In this document: piece after piece, positions 56,412-64,000 of the stretch
Layout of the letters: every line of letters begins with the position of its first letter
Numbering within the stretch: the stretch's first letter is position 1
Source of the DNA: Lobosporangium transversale
Taxonomy: Eukaryota
Assembly (NCBI RefSeq): GCF_002105155.1
Contig: NW_019028989.1
Location: 806,001-870,000 of the forward strand
Length of the DNA: 64,000 bases
Reading direction: 5' to 3'
Position numbers and translations under genes: made by a program
The notes under the pieces: model-generated
Told to the model about the DNA's origin: nothing
Database searches by the model: none
What the model saw: only the letters and a program-made list of their open reading frames with translations

Positions 56412-57334
56412 TGTGGATAAAGCACGAATTAAGTGTTACTGTGGCAATGAGAGAGGATTATGAATTGTGAGAAATATTCAATAATGAGCACATACACGAG
56501 TTAAAACTAAAAGGAATATAAGAGAATGAGAGGAGTGGAAAGGAAGGAAGGGAAAGAAGAAATAAAAAGGGAAGGAGAGAGTAGAGAAGCAGAGAGAATG
56601 AGAGTGAATGCAAATGAAAGAAATAATAATGAAAAACAATGAAATAAAGAAAGAAAGGAAAGAGTGAGAGAGGTGAGAAAATTAGATCATATTTTTTTAT
56701 TTATTTGATCTTGCAGTCCAGAGGATTGACTATGAAAACCTTTTAGACCAAGAAACTGTGAATAATCGAATTGCTTACTGATGGTATCCGACGTACTGTA
56801 GTCCATCGTTCATTTCTTTCCAATCATTGTCATCCTCACTTGTTTTCTGATAATATCGCATACACACAATAATACAGCTTCGAAGCATGTAAGCTTATAC
56901 GAGCTGTCTAGGCTTGATGGATTACATTTTTCATTTTTATGTTCGTGAAAATATCTGGGAAACGGTGACCTTTCTTTCGTACTCAGTATCAAACTTGCTT
57001 ATAGTTTATTTTTTTGTACAAAACCAGGTCGGTTTATCTAAATTCTCTATTAGAACCAAGCAATTCAAGCACTTCAGCAATTTCGCTCCATAGATTCAAG
57101 CTCCTCTCAAATGACTTGTCTGTGTGTCCAAATCTTTGTTGTCATATTGAACTTACATTGAGCGCGTCGCGCAGAGAGGGAAGTGAGTGGATGATGATCA
57201 AGCCTCGCATCAGCTCCATTCAACCTATCATTTTCGAAAATCTCTGATTTGAAAAATATTTCGGCCAGTCCCAATGCACAATTAAGCAACGTGCTCAGCG
57301 TGCTCAATTAGAGCAAAAGATCCGATGCTGCTAC

Positions 57335-57370
<36 letters not shown>

Positions 57371-58215
57371 CAAACGCCCAACTACGATATGTGCCACCTA
57401 TATTCATCTCTCACTAAAGGATTCTGTTGGTGCAATTATGACTGTACCAGATGGATCTATTACTTCACTCTTCTTTAGGCAAATTGTCAGCAATTTCCGT
57501 CAAAAATTAATGTCTACTTTTGCTCACGGACCATTATCAACTGAACATTTTCTATCTTTCTTATTGAACGTAGTGACTTTTAGCATTTTTCTTTGGCCAA
57601 AGGCAGCAAACCGAAACTAGAAAAAAGAAAAAAGATCTCCTTTTTAGTGGAGGAGATCATCTTGCAGGCCCTTTGTCTCTTTTTTAATTTCCCAGGTTGC
57701 TGATCTAATGCAGCACAATAATAGATCATCAATAATCAAAATCTTTTTTGTTTATCCTCAGCCTTTGGTTTTTGCAATCATAGCCACTATTATTCTATTT
57801 TATTTGTATACTAACCAGTGTAGTGCACATGACCTTTACAGAAATTACAAATGAATAAATTTATTTGGTATCACGTGCACTGGCCATCGATTATATTGCA
57901 CTACCACTTACGTATCATGCATTCAGCGTCCCAAAAAATGCACTGTATACCTAGGCTATTTTTATGAAGTTTTCTAGGTACTCAGGCACCTTTTTTTTCA
58001 CCTTTAATGCTGATTGGCGCAAATGAGATCACGCCATGCAAGAAAAGGTTGATTTGTAATGTCAGGAATGAATGAGGATGAAGCTGACAAAAGGAAAGGT
58101 GAGAACAATAAATTGAAGTCCATTTTGCTTCTCATTCTTTCATTCCTCTTTAACTAATCTATCTCACAAAACCACGTCATTATATCTATCTACCCGCTTT
58201 CATATTACTTAAATT

Positions 58216-58878
58216 ATGTCTTCCTCTAACAACACTGCTTCCTCTTCCACCAGCCAAGTTGCTGGCAAAAAACGCGCTCGTGAGGAATTGGAAAACGACA
58301 AGAGCGCAAGTCGCCAGACCTCACCTTCCCTAGAAGGTCCACCTGCTGCCCTAGCGTTCCACTATGTGCCATGGGAACGTCCCACCAAAAATATACACGA
58401 AATCCAGAAGCTCTTTCTTGAGGGTCCATTCTGTACTTTTAGGGAGCGGGAAGACAGTGAGCTTTATCAGGATGGCGATGAAGGGAGTCCTCGCAAGATC
58501 CTCTTTCTAGAGGGAGTGCTAAAACGCGATTTGTCCAGCAAACCCGTGACGCGTGGCAAATTTGAGATTTTCGGGCTTCATGAACCATCGCTGATCAAGC
58601 AGCTGAAGCGTCGTGACCTCAGGCTGATCAAAAACACGGAATTGCAACGGTTAGAAGCGTTAGCTAGGGCCTCGCAACGTGCACCGGCTGCTGTCGTTTC
58701 AGTTGCAACAGAGACTGACCGTCCAGAGTCGACGCTAGAGATGTCAGAACGACAGCTCCGAACGGTTCTCACTGAACTGGAATCAGTTAATGTGGACTCG
58801 CCTCGTAACAAGCTTTTGCAAGAAAAAGCAGCACTGTTGTTAGATGTGTATAGAACCTTTAAACCAGTTGCGGAATAA
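58216..58878 (+). CDS. Hypothetical 220-aa protein convergent with the Crypton ORF
   Basis: Intronless ORF with ATG in an AT-rich context, KKRAR NLS-like motif, helical C-terminus; no recognised domain. Confidence 0.6.
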   Translation: MSSSNNTASSSTSQVAGKKRAREELENDKSASRQTSPSLEGPPAALAFHYVPWERPTKNIHEIQKLFLEGPFCTFREREDSELYQDGDEGSPRKILFLEGVLKRDLSSKPVTRGKFEIFGLHEPSLIKQLKRRDLRLIKNTELQRLEALARASQRAPAAVVSVATETDRPESTLEMSERQLRTVLTELESVNVDSPRNKLLQEKAALLLDVYRTFKPVAE

Positions 58879-58966
58879 AGTGTTGTTTTCAAAAATATAT
58901 ATTATCATGAGTATAAAAAATTCGTACGGCGGTGCACTTTGGAGAGTACATCAAAACCATAGCTTT

Positions 58967-61280
58967 TTATTTGCCCTTCTTCTTTTGGATAGACTTAAAG
59001 TACGCGTTTGAGGACCCAGCTTGCCTGATTGCAGTATCCATTGTCGTTTTTGCCTTTATAACTCTGTCGTTCAGTGTTGGTCCTTCAGTCTTCAGGACCT
59101 CAGCCAGAGTAGCAAAGATAATTCTTCGCTTGAGCATATACTGGTTCCTAAGATTAGGATTCCAGCCTTTGCGCCAGTCCTTTTGGAACCTATTCAAACT
59201 CCAAATCGATGGCTTTGCCCCCTGGGCCGTAAACCATTCATCCCAAAGAGGAAAAAGAGGGGTGACCCTTGACAACATAGAGAAATTTGGGGCTGCAGCT
59301 CTGACCTGGTCAATTGGGAGCTGCAAGTAAGTCTCTGCAATCTTATCCGCTAAACATTCCAACTTCATTGTTTCCATGGCTTCATTTATCCCTCCATCTT
59401 CCTCTTGTTCCTGCACCTCGGGGTCTACTTGGTCTAGTTGCTCATTTTGGCCTGGTTGCTCGTCTTGGCCTGGTCGCTCATCCTGCTCTGGTTGCTGCTC
59501 CAAAGCATCCATCCCCCTTTGTTCAAATCCCCGCGGCTGCTCCTGGAGATGCTGCCTTGGAGGTATATGATGTATAAGGTCATTCAACTGTTGTTCTTGC
59601 TCTTTCGCTTGACGCTGCTCTTGTTGCGTCAGAATGCGATGCTCGTTCTCCATATCACTAGCTAAATGCCCAAAAGACCTGGCGGTTGTCTTCGTAAGGT
59701 TCGACATTACAGTTTGAAGCCCTTGTACGATGGTTATCATCTCACGATGCATATGACTGCATGTTCTAGACCAGCCAGCATTACTATTCTCCGCTGTAGC
59801 TTGGAGTGCGCCCATAAAATCATCACGTACGTAATGATCCAAAGATGACACGCTCGATTTGATGGCTTGAAGCTCTTGATGGATGACTGGAGCATTGAAA
59901 CGGAGACTGTCGTTTGTTGGTGATTGTGTCTTCTGCATGGCATCGTGAAGTCGCAAAGAAAACTCTTGGAACAGTTGCGACGAAAACACAGGGTTACTAG
60001 TGAAAACGTGGTGCTGGCTGTAGATACACAATGGATCGCCATTGCACGCCATCAGAGCAACTGCATCTTGTAAAATAACCTTGCGCAAGTGGGCTAGGAT
60101 AAGCATGATTCGCATGGCTGGAATGTACTCAGCTGGATAAGGTACTGACTCATTGTCAGGACGATTCAGATCTTCGGGACGATCCATCATAACGTTCTCC
60201 ATCCATCTGGCCCAATCGACATTGTCTGGAAACAGCTCCTCAATGAATGGAAAGATTTGCTTCTGTAATTCAACAGGCGGTATAACGGTGTTCCGCGGAA
60301 GCCAGAAATCCTCATTCTCGTGGAGAAATCCGGCCATTTTAAATGGTACAGTCTGCGCTACCGGACTAAGGTAATGCGTTACCAAGCGGCGATGGTTCCA
60401 ATTACCATGTTGGGCAATATCTTCGATGCTAGCCCCATTGGCTTGCGCATGTTGCGCCCCAGCCTTACGGCCACTATGAGTAACCTTGGATGATGTGTAA
60501 TGCGCTAGCTTCATCACCTCGCTTAGAGATCTGAGTATGGCTATGCTATTGGTTAGGAAACAGAGTACAAAAACTTCATGTAATGGCGTATTTGCATTTC
60601 TGATAATTTCACTTGCCTGTAGAGAGTCGCAGCATCCATCGCTTTGTATTTGTCAGAGGCATGTACAAGGTACTGGGATTTCCAGTCATGCATGCGGAAA
60701 TTTGGAGTAGATTCTTTCGTCTGTTGTGTAAGGTAAAGGGGTATTTTAATCATGGATGAATATTAATAGACAGCTTATATGCTGAGTTAATCTTCAACAG
60801 CAACCCATAGAAGCAGCCAATACGTACCATCCACTGCTCGAATAGATAAAAAGCGAGGCATCCAACAGGGCAAATCTCTACGTCCTTGTTACGAATAAAT
60901 ACAGAATGGAGCGTATGATCATTGTTCATTTTTCCTTGAGGGATTGCTATTACAATCCCAAGTGCGAACTGGTGTCCATTTCCAGCAGTCGCAAAGTGGT
61001 GGGGAAATAAGTGGCTCACTAAGGCATCTCGTATACTTTGTCCCCGAGTGATCATAAAATGATTAAATGCAAAACACAGACGATTACGCGCGCCAACTAG
61101 CTTCTGTGTCCTGGAGACAGCACTCAGATGCTTATAGCTCCTGCTCCACGAGATCTTCATAAATTTCTTGAACATAGATAGAGGATATCCCGCACCAACT
61201 GTCAGTTGCAGAACGTCCTGGGACGACGTTCTTTTGTTCTGGTTCAAAAGTAACGTTCATAATCTGTTTCTAGCTCTGCT
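58967..61280 (-). mobile_element. Crypton-type tyrosine recombinase with GCR1_C-like domain; exons ~61247-60828, 60720-60617, 60530-58967; 5' end frameshifted or truncated
   Basis: YR residues TRG (R), GKMN (K), HSGR, GNW, HYL (Y); RNKDVEICPVG.LAFYL; C-terminal LWDEW..PSI..L...W. Confidence 0.88.
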
Positions 61281-61878
61281 GATATAAAAAAAAAAAATAA
61301 ATAAATAAAGAAAGAAGGCGTGAGACTGAGGCCATAGAGGGTCGGCGTACGGCTCTAAGCAAATGGGATACATAATGGGTCCTTTGCTCAGAAGCACTCC
61401 TACTCTCTTAGAGGGTGTTGGTATTGCGTTTTATTGAATCCATCTTTTTTTTTTTTCTAAAGGGGTTACGGGGACAAGAGACAGGAACGCCGAGAAAGTA
61501 AATGAGTGAGTGGGAAGGAGAGCTTACTCGGTTTAGAAGGGTTTGGAAAGGTGTTGGGTGTAGCAATGAAGAAGGAAGAAAAGGAATGCATGAATGCATG
61601 AGACATTTTTTTTTTTTTTTTTTTTTCCCAGTATAGCCTGGGAGGTATTTGCAGAGGTTACAAGCAGGATTACAATTGGTGCGAAAACACAGTCACATAT
61701 ATACTTATTGAATACAAATTTTGTAATTTAAATTGTTAAGATTTCATTTTGTAATCCGATTACAGCAAACTACCGTTTCAGTAATAAAAAGATTTGCTGA
61801 TTTAGATCATTTAAGCTTTGACACGGAAAAAATACACATTCCCTTGTGTCAGGGAGACACATAAAACAAGAAGAATCG

Positions 61879-61959
61879 CGACAACAGCAGGATTTGAACC
61901 TGCGCGGGAGAACCCATGAGATTTCTAGTCTCACGCCTTAACCGCTCGGCCATGTTGTC
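61879..61959 (-). tRNA. tRNA-Ser (anticodon AGA)
   Basis: Reverse complement GACAACATGGCCGAGCGGTTAAGGCG-TGAGA-CTAGAAA-TCTCA-long variable arm-GCAGGTTCAAATCCTGC-TGTTGTCG. Confidence 0.97.
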
Positions 61960-62305
61960 TCAGTTATAAATGTGTCGTAGAGCATCTACTAGTGATCTCT
62001 GAAAACTAGTAGGTAATGATGAAAAATGAAGAATTGGGCAAGAGCCTCGTGGTTTTGGGATACGATAGTGATCCTAAGTAATGCTTTGAATGATTTTGAG
62101 GATGCTGCAAAAGGGCATCGATAATAAGAAGAGAGATGCCGTTTTTGCAGTGAAGGAAAAAGCTACTTAAATACTATTTAAAAATGGTAGAAAATAGGAT
62201 GATAGGAAATAAATAAATTGAAAGGAAATACATATTTAGGTAAATGAATAGGCGTCATTTACGACATAAAGAGTGGTCTCTTAATAATATATATATAGAA
62301 AAAAT

Positions 62306-62839
62306 ATGATAGCCACACATCAAGGATTACAAGTTTATAAGCCACTGACCTTTGTTATTTGAAAAAATAATAATAAAAGAATAAAATAAAAGTGTCGTGT
62401 CTAATTTAGAGACTCATACCAGCGATATCTCTTTTAGAGAGGTTACATGACCTCGTGTTATCAAAAAAATCTCTTTTAGAGAGGTTTTGTCAATTATAAG
62501 CTCATCTATCAAATAAACCATTTGTAATTGATAACGGACAAACCAAAAATGACATCGGTATAAGTCTCACTAGATTCTTTATGCATTTATGGAACTAACA
62601 TCCAAATAAACATGGTTCCCGTTATCAAAAAAATAAATAAATAAATAAATAAAAGTGTCACCAAGTTCTTTAAAACAATCTTTTGCAAGCACGACCCAAG
62701 GGAGCTCAATGCACTCTATGTCTTCAATGAAGACGAGAAATTAAAACAACCTTAGGACTTCAATAATGTTGGTATGAAAATAAAGCCTGTAACACTTGAC
62801 ACTTTTATTTGCCATTTTCATTAGTAGTGTGGCTATCAT
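62306..62839. mobile_element. MITE/foldback-like non-coding element
   Basis: Nested inverted repeats ATGATAGCCACAC (62306-62318)/62827-62839 and AAATAAAAGTGTC (62384-62396)/62798-62810; internal direct repeats. Confidence 0.5.
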
Positions 62840-62936
62840 TACGTCAATGATCTTGGGTCGAGCATCAAGGAAGGGCTTCCGCAAAGTATATCTGATAGGA
62901 ACATTCCCCACATTGGACGAAGTGTTCGCTGTCCTC

Positions 62937-64000
62937 TTACCACAGGTTGTACTTTGAGTCTAAATCGCCCTCAGCTGGGGCATCCAGATCCACATATGAT
63001 TTAACCTTGCGAGGATCAGACATCCTACTGTGTAAGCATTGTTGATCAAATGGGTAGATACGTTCATCAGTCATGCGAACTGATATGAACCATTTTCACT
63101 ATTATACAATGCCATATGCTTGAATGTATGCATGTCCTTACCTTCTGGGGTCGAGCATCATTGATGGTGGACGGGCGGGGATAAGATCCGGCCCTCTAAG
63201 CTTTGATTTGTCGCCTGCATCATCCTTCGAGCCGCCACGCTTGGGTAAGTCAAAGCCAATGCGAGGAATCTGATCCATAGGCGACCCTGCCATTGCTCCA
63301 GCAGTTGCAAAAGAGGGTGGCATGAAGCCGGGAGGGAATCCTGGCATAGGTGATACTCCTGGGTTCATGAAGGGCATGCCCATAGGATGACCACCCGACA
63401 TGAAGCCCATTTGCATAGGCGGTCCACCATACATGGGACCTGGCATATTGAATCCGAATCCAGCTGATGGTTGGGGCTGTTGTTGTTGTGCAGATGGGTT
63501 GATATGATTGGGGTCCAATATGTAGTTGTTGAAAAGTTGAATCTATAGAATCAAAGTAATATGATAATATAAGAATGCCCATTCAGCTCAGTGCTTTTGA
63601 ATCAATACACCAGAGATAGACAACGAATCCAACTATGCTATTTGACTATTTTCATCACTCAACATACGTTGTTTTCAACCGATTTGATTTCCTCTGGATG
63701 TTTAGTGCGAATGTGCTTGTGTACAAATTCTTCACCACGGAACGGCTTCGTGCAAATTTTGCAGCGCCATTTTGTGGGTTCATCCTGCTGTGTCTTGCCC
63801 TGCAAAAACTTCAGAACACCCCTGCACAAATTCAAATGAAGGAGTAAAAAACATTAGAGCCATGTCATTAAGCCTATATTCATAACAGCTTTTTTAAACT
63901 TTTGTTGCTTCGAAACCAAAGTCATACTTCTCGAGTGATTTTCCTCCAAGTTTAACAATCTCCTCATCCGTGGGAGGTTTAAGCTTCAGGTTAAGCTTCT
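62937..64000 (-). CDS. SRRT: ARS2/SERRATE homolog, 3' part; exons ...-63928, 63821-63668, 63542-63142, 63024-62937
   Basis: KWRCKICTKPFRGEEFVHKHIRTKH zinc finger, FNNYILDP, Pro/Met-rich linker, C-terminal DPRKVKSYVDLDAP; runs off the window. Confidence 0.88.

Noticed and set aside
61315..61939. 13-bp inverted match between the Crypton flank (AAGGCGTGAGACT) and tRNA-Ser
   Set aside because: Inverted rather than an att-like direct repeat, and short enough to be chance.

Overview
Intron-rich fungal nuclear DNA with many poly-A/T runs; gene families suggest an early-diverging fungus (Mortierellaceae-like, inference). Core genes: CSC1/OSCA channel, a disordered KEN/D-box protein, SAP-domain THO1/SARNP, tubulin cofactor D, an RNI-type LRR protein, Apd1/Aim32-type ferredoxin, MYG1, a CHD/Mit1-type remodeler, a VTC2/3-type subunit, tRNA-Ser(AGA) and the 3' part of ARS2/SRRT. 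An accessory island at about 12.7-27.5 kb holds: (i) a 6.5-kb cassette bounded by ~840-bp near-identical inverted repeats, carrying an intact LRR gene with hypervariable 84-bp repeats, a MULE-like remnant and a hairpin-dense tract; (ii) a decayed gene fusing an XPG/FEN1-type PIN nuclease to a Fanzor/TnpB RuvC module, head-to-head with a hAT-like remnant and followed by an omegaRNA-like fold interrupted by a canonical spliceosomal intron; (iii) two structured non-coding elements, 12 kb apart, that share the same sequence blocks in rearranged order and that I cannot assign to a known RNA class. A Crypton-type tyrosine recombinase with a convergent orphan ORF and a small foldback element lie at 58-63 kb. 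Exon boundaries, motifs and RNA folds were all read by eye; no searches or folding programs were run.
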